DNA from: an uncultured bacterium
GTDB taxonomy: Bacteria; Verrucomicrobiota; Verrucomicrobiia; Limisphaerales; UBA8199
Assembly (NCBI GenBank): GCA_963749495.1
Contig: CAVVMW010000001.1
Span: 160,001-224,000, forward strand
DNA: 64,000 nucleotides
Direction of reading: 5' to 3'
The notes under the pieces: generated by a model
Database searches by the model: none
Told to the model about the DNA's origin: nothing
What the model saw: only the letters and a program-made list of their open reading frames with translations
Shown here: in pieces, positions 1-11,306 of the stretch
Layout of the letters: the number at the start of each line of letters is the position of its first letter
Position numbering within the stretch: the stretch's first letter is position 1
Program-made: the position numbers and the translations under genes

Positions 1-776
1 TCCAATTTGCAATCGGCTCACGCGTCTCGCCGACCAGGGATTCAGCGGCCATCCTGACGAATCGTTTTAGGGGTCGAGCCATCAGAATCTTGAGCGGCGG
101 GTCGTGGAGTAAAGCTCCTGCCGAGCTCAAAGCGGACCTCGCTTTCTTCACGGGCAAGGACGCCGATGGAAAGCCCCTCGAAGGGCATCAGCACGCATTC
201 TTCGCCCTGTGGTTTGATCGCGCGACTCGCAAAGCTGCACGCATGTTGGTCTGGCGTAAGACTCCGTTTTCCCACGAAGAACAACAGGCATTGCTCGCAG
301 CCGCGCAAGAGCCGCTGAGCCTCGGTTACAACGACAAAGGCAAAGACCCGTGGCGCAGCAAAGACCCGTGGCGCATTCACCTCGTCCCGCTCGATACGAC
401 GGTCCAGCCACCGAGTGGATTCGATCCATCGCAGCAATTCGTAACTTGGGAGGCGATGTCGCTCTTTGTGCCACCCCAACACATTTACGACCGCCACGGA
501 AAGGAGAAACCGGGCAAATCACTGGCATCTCAGGTTCTGCGCGAACTGCAAAGTCATGGATTTGCGGCGACCAACGCTTCGATTGAAGTGTTGGGCAGCG
601 GGTGGGTGAAAGTGCATCAACCTCGCGTCGAAAGTGGCGAGAAGACCAATTCGACAAAGCGCGGCTTTCGAATACGCCTGACATTTCCCATTCCAATCAG
701 CGGCCCCATCGCCCTCGGCCACTCCGCCCACTTCGGCCTTGGCCTGTTCGTGCCGGCGGCTGGCGGCGGCCTTTGA
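1..776 (+). CDS. csb2: Type I-G (I-U) CRISPR-associated Csb2 (Cas5/6 fusion), 5'-partial
   Basis: Frame is open from the window edge (QFAIGSRVSP...). C-terminus GFRIRLTFPIPISGPIALGHSAHFGLGLFVP is the Gly-rich Cas6-like loop typical of Csb2/GSU0054; HQHAFF motif upstream. Confidence 0.8.
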   Translation, partial: QFAIGSRVSPTRDSAAILTNRFRGRAIRILSGGSWSKAPAELKADLAFFTGKDADGKPLEGHQHAFFALWFDRATRKAARMLVWRKTPFSHEEQQALLAAAQEPLSLGYNDKGKDPWRSKDPWRIHLVPLDTTVQPPSGFDPSQQFVTWEAMSLFVPPQHIYDRHGKEKPGKSLASQVLRELQSHGFAATNASIEVLGSGWVKVHQPRVESGEKTNSTKRGFRIRLTFPIPISGPIALGHSAHFGLGLFVPAAGGGL

Positions 777-795
777 TTCGTGATAAAGGAAAGCC

Positions 796-1044
796 ATGAA
801 AACAGTGACGCTCTCGGCCACGTTTGACGGCCAACAGATTCGTCTGGAAGAGGACTATCCGCTGCCCAAGAACGCGCGGCTGCTGGTGACGGTGCTGCCC
901 GCGGCAGCCGACAGCGAAGAGGAGTTCCGTCGAAGTTGGTACGGGCTCGCCGCCGACGCCCTGGCGGGCGCCTATGGCCCGGAAGAACCGGAATATACCT
1001 TGGACATGCTCAAGGAACCCAATCCCCACTATGAAGGCCGGTGA
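796..1044 (+). CDS. Putative antitoxin (DUF104/AF2212-like) partnering MazF
   Basis: 82 aa with ATFDGQQIRLEED..LP.NARLLVTVL N-terminus and acidic tail; overlaps the downstream toxin start. Confidence 0.7.
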   Translation: MKTVTLSATFDGQQIRLEEDYPLPKNARLLVTVLPAAADSEEEFRRSWYGLAADALAGAYGPEEPEYTLDMLKEPNPHYEGR

Positions 1045-1378
1045 CATCGTCCTGGCACTGCTGCCGCAAGCGGACGAAGCCGCGAAATGGCGGCCCGCGC
1101 TCATCCTGTGTCAAATGCCGCCTTACGGCGACGCGCTCCTGTGCGGCATCAGCTCTCAGCTTGAACGGGCAGTGCAGGACTTCGATGAAGTGATTGGATC
1201 GAACGCCCCTGATTTTCGCGCCTCGGGGTTGCGGGTCGCTTCGGTCGTCAGACTTGGCTTTCTTGGCACGCGTCCGCTCGCTCAAGTGGGTGGCCTGTTG
1301 GGGCGCATTGATCCGCAGCGTCTGGTCCGTTTGCGGCATAACTTGGCCGTTCACTTGCAGAGGTCGCCCGATGCATGA
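1031..1378 (+). CDS. PemK/MazF family toxin
   Basis: MKAGDIVLALLPQAD..KWRPALIL, GISSQ and SGL...SVVR..L motifs; ATG at 1031 overlaps the antitoxin stop. Confidence 0.85.
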   Translation: MKAGDIVLALLPQADEAAKWRPALILCQMPPYGDALLCGISSQLERAVQDFDEVIGSNAPDFRASGLRVASVVRLGFLGTRPLAQVGGLLGRIDPQRLVRLRHNLAVHLQRSPDA

Positions 1379-1397
1379 TCCCGGCTGCCCTGCTGAA

Positions 1398-1432
1398 TCC
1401 GCCCATTTCGGCCTCGGCCTGTTCGTGCCGGC
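1398..1432 (+). repeat. Direct repeat of the csb2 3' end (copy of 723-757)
   Basis: tccgcccatttcggcctcggcctgttcgtgccggc vs tccgcccacttcggccttggcctgttcgtgccggc, 33/35 identical. Confidence 0.9.
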
Positions 1433-1528
1433 TGAGTCGCCGGTTATTGGCCGATAGACCCGTACCAGCCGCACGGGAGGCAGCCCATGATGATCAAACT
1501 GGAGTGATCCTGGAAACGGCAGTTGAAT

Positions 1529-2050
1529 AGCCGCCAAAAGGCGCAAAAAACGCAAAAAGAAGCACTTGCACTCGCCACGATCCTCACCCAAGCGGAGACA
1601 GACCCGCTGCACGCAAATCCTTCATGCTTTGCACTGTAATAGCCCAATTTGCTCGCAGGCTGCGGAGATTTCTCACAGACAGAATGAACCGCTGAATACG
1701 CGGAATACGCGGAATTCTGAAGCGAACCGGTTGACCTTCCGCGTGTTCCGCGTATTCCGCGGTTATCGCTTCTCCGCTTGCGGCTGTCCCGCGCTGCGAC
1801 TTTTGCGCCTTTTCGTGGCTGAACTGCTCTTTTTGGAGTGATTACGTCGAAGCTGAATGGAAGGCCGGTCTGGAACCGCTCGTCAGCCTGCCCGGTTGCG
1901 AAGCGACGGCGAGGAAGTGTCGTGTCATGAAATCTCCCCCTCGGCCCCACCCCCGTCAGGCCCGGGTCGGCATTAGAAAAGAACAGGAGGAAACAGAGGA
2001 AACGGAGGTCTTCGTGTGCGTGCCTCTGTTTTTTCTGTTCCCTCCTGTTC
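1529..2050. repeat. Cluster of nested 9-mer-based palindromic repeats
   Basis: aaccgc..tacgcggaatacgcggaa / ttccgcgtgttccgcgtattccgcggtt (1687-1764); aacaggaggaaacagagg / ctctgttttttctgttccctcctgtt (1982-2050); related palindrome at 7927-8000. Confidence 0.75.
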
Positions 2051-2210
2051 AAATGCCCCGGCTTCATGGCCGAGTGGTGGCCCAGTTCGGCCAAGCTGGC
2101 GGTGAGCCGGGATTACCTTCCCGATCACCACGCGCCCCACTGGGCGGACGTAGCCGCCGTGTCGCAGCCGCACCTGGCCGCTCCGTTGGTTTCGCCAACC
2201 GAGCGTCCCC

Positions 2211-3584
2211 TCAACGTGGGCCCCATTTTGAACTTGGGATCTCGTTTCCCCCGCTGTTCCCTCGCAGGGCCTTATCGAGGGCCTCCTTGACCGCGTCCAG
2301 GCGGGCCGGCAACTCGATGGGTTGGTTGGCGTGCCGGCAGGGGAAGCCCAGTTCACGCTGGTGGTACTTGACCTTCATCTCGACGAACTTGAGGCCGTGG
2401 GCGGTCGAGATGACAACCACGCGTTCGGCCTTGTCGATCTTGCCCGCCTTGAGCAGCTTGACCAGCGCGGCCAGGGCCACGCCCGTGTGCGGGCAGTTGA
2501 ACATCCCGGTGCGGTCGCCCAGGGCGGCGGTGTCGGCCAGTTCCTCCTCGGTGGCCTGCTCGACGATGCCGTTGAACTGCTTGAGGGTGCGCACGGCCTT
2601 TTGGAAACTGACCGGGTTGCCGATTTGGATGGCGCTGGCCAGGGTCTTTTGGGCATGGATGGGCTCGAGGGAATCGAAATTGCGCAGATAAGCGCGGTAG
2701 AGGGGATTGGCCCGCTCGGCCTGGGCGACGACAATGCGGGGGAGCCGGGCGATCAGGGCCAGGTCGCGCATCATGAGCAGCCCTTTGCCCAGCGCGGAGA
2801 CATTGCCCAGGTTGCCGCCGGGAATGATGATGACGTCGGGCGCCTCCCAGTCGAACTGCTGGACGATCTCGATGCCGACGGTCTTCTGGCCCTCGACGCG
2901 CAGCGAGTTCATCGAGTTGGCCAGGTAAAGCGTCGGGTCGTGGGTGATTTCCTGCACCAGTCTCATGCAGCCGTCGAAATCGGTGTCCAGGCAGAGGACC
3001 AGCGCGCCGTTGGAAATGGGCTGGACCAATTGGGCGAGGGAGATCTTGCCCCGGGGCAACAGGACAATGGAGGGGATGCCGGCGGCCGCGCAATAGGTCG
3101 CCAGCGCGGCCGAGGTGTCGCCGGTCGAGGCGCAGGCGACCGCCTTGATCGGGGCGCCTTGGGCAATCATCTGCTTGACTTGCGAGACCAGGACGGTCAT
3201 GCCCAGATCTTTGAACGAGCCGCTGTGTGTATTGCCGCACAGCTTGATCCAGAGGTCCTTGACCCCGATGACCTTGCCGAACCGTTCGGCCCAGAAGAGA
3301 TTGGTGCCCCCTTCATAAAGGGAAACCACGTTTTCGTTGGCGAGCTCCGGCAGAATCCACTCTTTCTTGCCCCAGACCCCGGAGCCGTAGGGCCATTCGT
3401 TGGTCTTGTAGCGGTCGTCGAAGAGCTTCATCCAGGCCGCGGCCCCGCGGCGGGCCAACGCGGCCATATCATGCCGCACCTCCAGCAGGGAGTGGCATCG
3501 CTCGCACTGATAGACAATCGAGTCGAGCGGATACTCCGCCCCGCACTCCGGGTTGATGCACTGAAACCACGCTCTGTAGGTCAT
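2211..3584 (-). CDS. thrC: Threonine synthase
   Basis: [13 protein letters not shown] lysine, [23 protein letters not shown] and PGGNLGN motifs; N-terminal CxxxxC/CxxC. Start taken at MTYRAWFQC; extreme C-terminus uncertain. Confidence 0.95.
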   Translation of the reverse strand: MTYRAWFQCINPECGAEYPLDSIVYQCERCHSLLEVRHDMAALARRGAAAWMKLFDDRYKTNEWPYGSGVWGKKEWILPELANENVVSLYEGGTNLFWAERFGKVIGVKDLWIKLCGNTHSGSFKDLGMTVLVSQVKQMIAQGAPIKAVACASTGDTSAALATYCAAAGIPSIVLLPRGKISLAQLVQPISNGALVLCLDTDFDGCMRLVQEITHDPTLYLANSMNSLRVEGQKTVGIEIVQQFDWEAPDVIIIPGGNLGNVSALGKGLLMMRDLALIARLPRIVVAQAERANPLYRAYLRNFDSLEPIHAQKTLASAIQIGNPVSFQKAVRTLKQFNGIVEQATEEELADTAALGDRTGMFNCPHTGVALAALVKLLKAGKIDKAERVVVISTAHGLKFVEMKVKYHQRELGFPCRHANQPIELPARLDAVKEALDKALRGNSGGNEIPSSKWGPR

Positions 3585-3618
3585 GGCGAAAAAGTCAATT
3601 TCTCGAACAGAGTTCTGC

Positions 3619-3879
3619 TCAGCGTTCCTTCTCATGGCCCGAAGACCGACTGCGGGAACCCCGCGCCCGGGCCCGGTCAACCTTGTCCAGCAGCGCCAGG
3701 CCGCGCGCGGCGTTGCCGCGTGCGCCCCGCGCCAGAAAGCGCGTTTCCGCGTCAAATTGTGCCAGGGCTATGCTGGCCCACTCCTCGACCAGTTTGTTCA
3801 AACTCACGCCATTGCGTTCTGCCACGCGCCGCAGGCGCTCGTGCTTTGCGTCAGGAAGACGGATCGTCATCGTTGCCAT
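3619..3879 (-). CDS. Ribbon-helix-helix (HicB/CopG-like) antitoxin
   Basis: [33 protein letters not shown]...FDAETRF, a family usually found downstream of PIN toxins. Confidence 0.8.
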   Translation of the reverse strand: MATMTIRLPDAKHERLRRVAERNGVSLNKLVEEWASIALAQFDAETRFLARGARGNAARGLALLDKVDRARARGSRSRSSGHEKER

Positions 3880-3917
3880 GTTGTTTTCTCCATTGTGTCC
3901 ATCACGATAGCGCCCAT
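3867..3917 (-). pseudogene. Probable remnant of the cognate PIN toxin (internal deletion)
   Basis: 16-codon [22 protein letters not shown]-like xIVxDT start joined to a tail that overlaps the antitoxin ATG. Confidence 0.5.
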
Positions 3918-3944
3918 GCTATCATGGGGGCAAGATGTTTCTTG

Positions 3945-4084
3945 GAGCCTGTCCCCAAAACCCCGCGAGTGGGGGACCTTTGTCGCAGCCTTTGTCGAAA
4001 CCTTTGTCGGAGTGGCCATTTCTCGGCAAAGGTGCCGACAAAGGCTGCGACAAAGGTCCGGAATCAGAGCTTTTGGGACGGGCC
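3945..4084. repeat. Palindromic element of the ctttgtcgcaac/cgacaaagg 12-mer family with IS-like terminal IRs
   Basis: gagcctgtccccaaaa...ttttgggacgggcc flanks. Other copies of the core at ~20024-20072, 27921-27990, 40764-40843, 44870-45153, 60389-60472. Confidence 0.8.
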
Positions 4085-5438
4085 CTGTCTCAGCTCGATC
4101 GGGTTTGCGTAAACCCACGGCACCCATTGGCCGGCCACGTGGAGTTCGGCCTCCACCCGGTACTTGCCCGGGCCCGGCGGCGTCCACAGCAAAATACGGC
4201 CCTGCTGCGTGTGAACCGGCGCCCCGTCCCTCAGGATGGTGAAACGGCAGCCTTGGGGAGAGACTGCCTGCAAACGCGTGCCGGCGGAGAGCGCCCCCGC
4301 CTCGCCCATGACCGGGCGGCTTGTGGCGTTGGTGGCGAACCACCGGAACCCCGTGCTGTCGGCCACCATGTCGAAGCCGACGAAAACACGGCCGGCCCGC
4401 AACGAGTCGAGAATCGCCCGCTCGCTCAAGTCCTGCGCCAGCACGTGCGTGTTCACGAAGCGCGCCATCCGGTCGTAGGGATCCAGTTGCACGTGGAAGA
4501 CCTGGCGTCCCGGCTTGAGCGGGCCAAGAATGAGCCGGGCCAGCGGGCGCGTGAGGGCGTTGAGCTTGACCTCGGCGACCTTTCGAGGGCTGGTATCTTC
4601 GATGTGGAGCGTATTGGTGGCGGTGACGATGACGCGGTATCCAGTGTTCTGATGGCAATCATTGCCGGCAACGCCGGTGATGTGGCGCGTCCGGTTCAGA
4701 GCGTCCCATCGCCCCAGGAATTCAGTGGGCCGGCGGAAGAGCAGCCAGGCGACCTGATCGGGGTAGCGGCGCTGGTTGAGCAGGATTTGGGGCAGCAGGT
4801 TGAATAAGGGGTGGCGCAGGGCCTTGAAGTCGGAGTGGATATTGTAGATCTCCATCCCGGCCAACTCGGGCCGGTCCCAGGCGCGCGGCTCCTCGGGGTG
4901 AGCGTAGAAGAGCAGGCCGCCGTTGGCGGGGATCTGCCGCGCCAGCACCGCCGAATCGGTCGCGTTGCTCAACACGACCTTGGACGCCACGCCGAAAGGC
5001 ATGATGCCCTCTTTCATCTCGAAGCCCGGAATGAAGAGCTTGCCCTCGTGTATCCCGCGCCATTGCGCGCTGAAATCGGCGCGGCCGTCGGTGCAATGGT
5101 CGCTCAGGCAGATGAAATCCAGCCGGGCGGTCTTGAGCGCGCGGAGGATTTCCTCGAAGGGCACTTCGCAGTCATGGGAGAGCCTGGAATGGCTGTGCAG
5201 TATCCCACGATATTCCCTCCAGCCGGGCATCCTCGGCCAACGCGTGGCGCTGGGCGCGAAGGGCGGCCCAGGCCGCAGCCTCGCGCGGAAAGCGGACAAA
5301 ATGGTCATACAGCGCGACCCGCAGCCAGAAGAGCAAACACGCTCCGGCCAGCACCAATACCAGCCCAATCGCCCAAAATGCGCGCCGCACTCTCCTTCGC
5401 CATTTCCCGGTTCGGATCTCTGCCGTGATGGGCTTCAT
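4064..5438 (-). CDS. PHP-domain (CehA/McbA-like) metallohydrolase with N-terminal membrane anchor; frameshift near 5225
   Basis: HSHSRLSHD, LDFICLSDH, AHP, EIYN and GNDCH motifs, and a C-terminal YANPI; the N-terminal TM segment is in a different frame (ORF 5172-5438). Confidence 0.8.
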
Positions 5439-5779
5439 CGATTTCGAGGTTTTGACCTGGCCCGCGTTCAGCGCGGTGCCATTCTCATACCAGATCGCCC
5501 GCGCAGTTGCAGCTTTTTATTCCGAGTCGGCGCGTGTTGATGGGGATGCCGCTCGCGGTCCCTGCGGCTCAGGAGGCGGGAAGTTGCTCCGGAATGGTGA
5601 AAGAGCGGGTAGCGGCTGTCTCCGGCAGGGCAATCCCATTCAACCTGGCGCACAAAAAGGAACAAAAAAGGATGAGATGGTAATACAATGGTAACATTGG
5701 CCTGGCAGGGTTTCCGTCGAAAACAAAGCTGTGAAGACAGTGAAGACAACGATAAAATCCTGGAACAGAGGAAACCTCT

Positions 5780-7852
5780 ATGAAAAAGCTCAGACAGTTC
5801 ATGTCGGCGGCAGTCATCATCGGCTCGGTTTTGACGACCGCCACGGCAGCGGAATCGTTCTCCGTCCTTCTGCAAAAGGGAATCTTCGCCGAAGAAACGG
5901 AAAGGAACCTCGACGCCGCCATCAAGATCTATCAGCAAATCACCGCGGAAGCGGCCACCAATCGCCCGGTCGTGGCCCAGGCGCAATACCGGCTCGGCGT
6001 CTGCTACCAGAAGAAGGGCAGCAAAGAGCAGGCGATCAGCACGCTCAATGAGCTGCTGAGGCAATTCCCGGCCGAGGCGGCGCTGGGTCAGAAGGCCCGG
6101 GGACTGCTGGCCGAGTTGGGCCAGACACCGCCGAGCAACATCACCATTCGCCAACTTCCACTGACGGCGGACCAGGTCTATGCGGTTTCGACGGACGGGC
6201 GGTTGGTCGCCTACAAGCCCAAGGAGAACTCCAACGTCGCCATTTATGAGACTGCCACCGGCAAAACCTGGACGGCCGTCAAGGGAAACGCCGACCAAGG
6301 CGTCTGGAATGCGCTCATTTCGCCAGATGGCCGCTCGATCGCATACCAGCTTTCAAACTCCAATTTCCTTTACGTCGCCCGGATCAACGGGTCTGAAACG
6401 AAGCAAGTCTGTCAATTTGGCAAATGGTCGGAACCGTGGATCAACGACTGGTCACCGGATAGCGGGCAAGTAATCGTTGACTCTTCGGACGAGAAAGACT
6501 CCAGCGTCACCGCTTTGGACGTCAAAACCGGAACCATGAAAGAAATCAAACGCTGGACGCCCCCCTCACTTTTTTGGAACGTGTGCCTCTCGTCGAACGG
6601 GCGCTACCTGGCCTGTCGGATGGGCCTGGGAAGCGAGAATTGACGGAAAATCACCGTCATCGACTTGCAAACGGCCACCGAAACCACAGTGATCGAAAAG
6701 GGAGTCGGAGACTTGGTGGGCTGGTCTCCTGGAGATGCCAGGCTTGTCTTTTCGAGCGGTCGCACGGGCACTGCGGGATTGTGGGCGATCAGGCTTCGGG
6801 AGGGCAAGCCATCGGGCGAGCCCGAGTTGGTCAAAGCGAATGTGGGGGAGATTTCCACATACGGCATCACTCGCGACGGGAGCATTTATTACACGGAAGC
6901 AAAGTCCTCCGTGTATGTCTATCTGGGGACGGCGAATTTTCAGACGGGAGAGATTTTGGGCCAGCCTCGCCGCGTGACCGACCGATTTCCAGGATTGCAG
7001 AGCAAACCGGCTTGGTCCAGGAACGGACAGAAGTTGATGATATTGGTCCAGGGCGAACGGAAGCGATTTATCGCCGTGTCGCTGGCGTCTGGAGAGCAGA
7101 AGGAGTTTCCGGTTTCGGATACTTTCACGATGCCGCTCCAAGGATATGCCTGGTCGCCAGACGAGGCCTTCCTGTTGGTCCAATCCGGCCACATCCATCG
7201 GTACGAACTGGCTTCTGGAACCACGGAGAGGCTCATTACTCAAGTTGAGGGCGCCTGGAGATGCCACCCCCGGCTCTCGCCGGACGGAAGCGCGCTTTAC
7301 TACGCGCGGCGCAAATTCTCCAAAGACGCTGACAATCGCGATGATTGGAAAGATTCTGTCGTCCGCCGGGATTTGCACTCGGGCAGGGAGGAGATCGTTT
7401 ATGAATCACCGGAAAAGCTTCAAATTTGGTCGCCTTTCGAGCTGTCACCGGACGGAGAGCGCCTGGCCATCGTCACGTCAGACCAGTGGTTTGTAAAGGA
7501 TTTTGTCGCCGCGATCAAGGTGCGAGGGGTGAGCGGCGGCCCCGAGACCAAGGAAGTCGTGCGCATGGCCCCGCGGGAAAATGTAACTTCCCTCGCCTGG
7601 ACTCCGGACGGAAAACAGCTCGTGTACACGAAAGAGCGGGCGAGCAAAGTCGAGGTTTGGGCCACCGCGGTGGATTCGGGTCAATCGGTGGAATTAAAGT
7701 TTTCCCTGCCGCGCATTGGAAACATCAGCATTAACCCTGACGGCCGCCAAATTGCGTTCCTTGCGGGATTATCGGGTGGCCAGGACTTGTGGGTGATGGA
7801 AGGCCTGATGCCCAAAGCGGTCGCGCAAGCGCCCCGCGAAAAGAAAAACTAG
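5780..7852 (+). CDS. Secreted TPR + PD40/TolB-like beta-propeller protein; frameshift near 6640
   Basis: Signal peptide, LLQKGIFAEETERNLDAAIKIY TPR-like cap, repeated WSPDG/LSPDG blades across ORFs 5780-6643 and 6665-7852. Confidence 0.8.
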
Positions 7853-8072
7853 ATGGGCTCACGCGATGGACGCGCACTGATTGAAGCAACTGCGCCGGTG
7901 GAAACGCTGAGAGGCGCTTGCAGAATTAACCGCAGAGAACGCAAAGAACGCAAAGAGAAGAGAAAAATGAGGCGTTTCTTTGTGATCTCTGCGTTCTTTG
8001 AGGTTCCTTTTGCCAGTGGCTCCAAGGCTTGAACCTTGAACGTCCATCGTCCAACGTTGGACGGCGAACCAC

Positions 8073-8275
8073 AGGGCCCTTGACAAAGTCGCTCGGCGCG
8101 CCTGGGCGCCAGGGGCGCCAGCGTAGCGCAGGTTTTCAAACCTGCTGTATCACGGGTTTCCAAACCCGCAGGCCGTCCGCAAACCGGGGGCGCTCGACAT
8201 GCCGACGCCCAGCCGATTGGAAATCGGCGACACAGCAGGTTTGGAAACCTGCGCTACGATTTTGTCAACGGCCCT
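8073..8275. mobile_element. ~200-bp MITE-like element (copy 1)
   Basis: Terminal IRs agggccyttgacaaa/tttgtcaacggccct enclosing the long palindrome cgtagcgcaggtttycaaacctgctgtatc...gcaggtttggaaacctgcgctacg. Confidence 0.8.
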
Positions 8276-8369
8276 CAGGCGAACGAAAAGCGGCTGCGCA
8301 AGTGTATTGAGTTGGGAGTTTCGATATGCCATTTTCGACCTCGGACGCTCGTTTCGTCCATAACCAGAA

Positions 8370-10330
8370 TTGAAAAGGCCGTTCAAAGACTTCAGCACCG
8401 GGGATCATAGCACGGCCTCCACGTTTGCCGCGCTGGTGCTGGTCGCGTTGGTGTCAGCGGCCTGTGTCTTGTGGTTCATGACCGTGGCGATGCGCAACGA
8501 ACGGCTGGCGGTGCAGGGACGGCTCACGGACGTCTATCTCACCCACGTGGCCTCGCTCCAGCGCCAACTGACAGCGTTTTGGAAAGGCCGGCAAGACGCT
8601 CTGGAATCGGCCGGGAAGGGTCCGCCCGCGGAGAGGTTCGCTGCCGTCGTTCGCTCCAACCTGGCCGACAGCGTGGTGGTCTATGATCGCTTGGGGAAGG
8701 TGATTTATCCCTCGTCGGCGGGCCTCGAGACGCCAACGGAAGAGACGGGCGACTGGGCGCCGGCGCGAGAACTGGAGTTTCAGCAGACCAATTACCTGGC
8801 CGCAGCCACAGCCTACGGGCGCATCGCCCAAGCGAGCCAGGACATTCACGCCAAAGCCAGGGCCCGGCAGTCGCAAGCGGGCTGTCTCTTGAAGGCGGGG
8901 CGGAAAGAGGAAGCGCTTGCATGCCTGGCGGCATTGGCCGGCGATTCGGGCCTGCGGCAAGCCATCAGCGCGCAGGGCGCGCTGATCGTGCCCAACGCGC
9001 AGTTGCTAATCCTGAAATTATCGGTTCCTGCCGCTGAGGGGTCGAGTTCACGGTCCACTGGGTTGGGTGCGCTGCGGCGGCAGACGCTTGACGATTTGGT
9101 GCAACGACTCAATGACTATGGTGACGCCGGCCTTTCTTCGAGCCAGCGTCGTTTCCTGATGGAAGAACTGAAGGGGTTGGCGCCCAATGCCGCCGCTTTC
9201 CCTACGCTGGCGGCCGAGGAACTGGCGGCCGAGTATTCGGAGCATAACGCCGCGCTTCCGACGGAGCCAAACTGCAACGGGCGCCGCTGGCCAAGGTGTG
9301 GCGGCTGATCACAGTTGACCGTTCCTTGGTGGCGCTGTTTCGCGAAGGGCGCCTGAAAGCGGAACTGGCGGCATTGGCCGATTCCCTCGCGCTGCCCGAC
9401 CTCCGCGTGACCGTGCTGCCGCCGGGCGAGACCTTCGCCGCGAGCAGACCCGTGGCGCCACAAGAAGCCAGCGAGTTCTTGCCGGGTTGGCGTTTGGGGC
9501 TCAGTTTCAAGGAGAGCGATCCGTTTGCGACCCTGTCCGCGCGCCAAACGCGGTTTTACCTCTGGACCGGCTTTCTGGTGGTGCTGATCATCGCGATGGT
9601 GGCCTTGCTGGTGGCCCGGTACGTGGCCGCGCAAATGCGCCTCGCACGGCTAAAAAACGAGCTGGTCTCCGCCGTATCGCACGAGTTGAGAACACCGCTC
9701 GCCTCCATCCGCGCGCTGGTGGACACGTTGTCGGCCCGGCGGTATCGCGACGAGCAGCAGCTCCACGACTATCTGCGCCTCATCTCGAAGGAAAACCAGC
9801 GGCTCAGTCATCTGATCGAGAATTTCCTGGCGTTCTCCCGCCTCGAGCGTGGCAACCATCGGTTCCGTTTCGAGGAATTGGCGCCCGAGGCCATTGTCCG
9901 CGACGCCGTGGAGAGCCTAAAGGACAGGCTCGAATCGCCCCAGTGCCACTTTGAAACCCAGGTCGGACCCAACCTGCCCCACATCCGCGGCGACGCCGAT
10001 GCGCTCTCGACAGTCTTGATCAACCTTCTGGACAATGCCTGCAAATACACGGACGATGAGAAGCACATTTGCGTGCGCGCCTACGCCGAGCGGCGGCACG
10101 TTTGCTTCGAAGTGCAAGACAACGGCATCGGTCTGAGCCGGAACGAGGCGAACCGCGTGTTCGATCGCTTCTATCAGGTCGATCAGACTCTGAGCCGCCA
10201 GCGGGGCGGCTGCGGCTTGGGCCTGAGCATCGTGCAATCCATCGTTCGTGTTCATGGCGGCCAAATCGCGGTCCAAAGCGAGCCTGGCAAAGGCAGCGTG
10301 TTTCGGGTGAAAATACCTTGTGCCGGCTGA
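8370..10330 (+). CDS. Membrane sensor histidine kinase; frameshift near 9270
   Basis: Two TM helices; H-box VSHELRTPL, N-box NLLDNACKY, G1 DNGIG, G2 GCGLGLSIV. Confidence 0.9.
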
Positions 10331-10334
10331 CACC

Positions 10335-11015
10335 ATGAAAGGCGAGAAGATCCTCATCATCGAAGATGACCCGACGCTCCAGCGCGTTCTGCGCGATAAC
10401 TTTGAATTCATGGGGTGCCTGGTGAGTGTGGCCGGCGATGGGAAAACGGGCTGGCAATCCGTGCAAACCTGCCAGCCCGGCCTGGTGATCCTGGATGTGA
10501 TGCTGCCCGGGATCAATGGCTTCGACCTCTGCCGCCGTCTGCGCGCCGAGGGCTTCGCCAAGCCGATCATCATGCTCACCGCCAAAGGACAGGAATCCAA
10601 CATCGTCCTGGGTTTAAACGTGGGCGCCGACAATTACGTCACCAAGCCGTTCAGCATTGACGTGCTGTTGGCCCGGGCCAAGGCCTGCCTGCGCCGCCGC
10701 GCAAATCAAGGGCCGGTGGTGGCGGAATTCGGCGATTGCAGGCTGGACCGGACTTCGCACAAGCTCTATCGCAAAGCGCGGGAGGTCGAGCTTGCTCCCA
10801 AGGAGTTTCGCCTGCTGGATTACTTCCTCAAAAACGCCGGCCGCGCCCTCACTCGCCGGAAAATCCTGGACGATGTGTGGGGACAAGACTTCATCGTCAC
10901 GGAGCGCAGCGTGGATCGCTGCATCAATACGCTGCGGAACAAGGTCGAACCCGATCCACAGCACCCGGCCTTCATCCAAACCATCCGCGACGTCGGCTAC
11001 CGCTTCGAGGCCTAG
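10335..11015 (+). CDS. OmpR/PhoB family response regulator
   Basis: ILIIEDD, LDVMLPG, MLTAK, KPF and winged-helix IQTIRDVGYRF. Confidence 0.95.
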   Translation: MKGEKILIIEDDPTLQRVLRDNFEFMGCLVSVAGDGKTGWQSVQTCQPGLVILDVMLPGINGFDLCRRLRAEGFAKPIIMLTAKGQESNIVLGLNVGADNYVTKPFSIDVLLARAKACLRRRANQGPVVAEFGDCRLDRTSHKLYRKAREVELAPKEFRLLDYFLKNAGRALTRRKILDDVWGQDFIVTERSVDRCINTLRNKVEPDPQHPAFIQTIRDVGYRFEA

Positions 11016-11041
11016 CCTGCGGCCCCTCTGGTGATCGGTCA

Positions 11042-11240
11042 GTGAAGGCGGAGGCGGAGTCCCCGGCGGACCCCTCACCCCAACCCTCTCCCCATCGGAT
11101 GGGGAGAGGGGGAGTTCTTGGTGGCGCTTAGAGGAAGCGGAGACGCCTGGGAGCTCCCGAGACTGCCGACGCTCCCCCCTCCCCCCTTCGGAAGGGGAGA
11201 GGGCCGGGGTGAGGGGTCTGCCCCCGCGACACTCCCGGGC
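11042..11240. repeat. cccctcaccccggccctctcccc / gggagaggg palindromic element (copy 1; copy 2 at 43996-44197)
   Basis: Two opposed hairpin units; both copies start gtgaaggcggag. Confidence 0.85.
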
Positions 11241-11306
11241 CGATTTGCATTCCGCCAATCCAGTGGCATAGATAAGAGGTGGCCATAGGCAAATAAAGGA
11301 GTTGTT

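Noticed and set aside
1380..2210. Possible CRISPR array downstream of csb2
   Set aside because: Only inverted 9-mer palindromes are present; there are no regularly spaced direct repeats with unique spacers.
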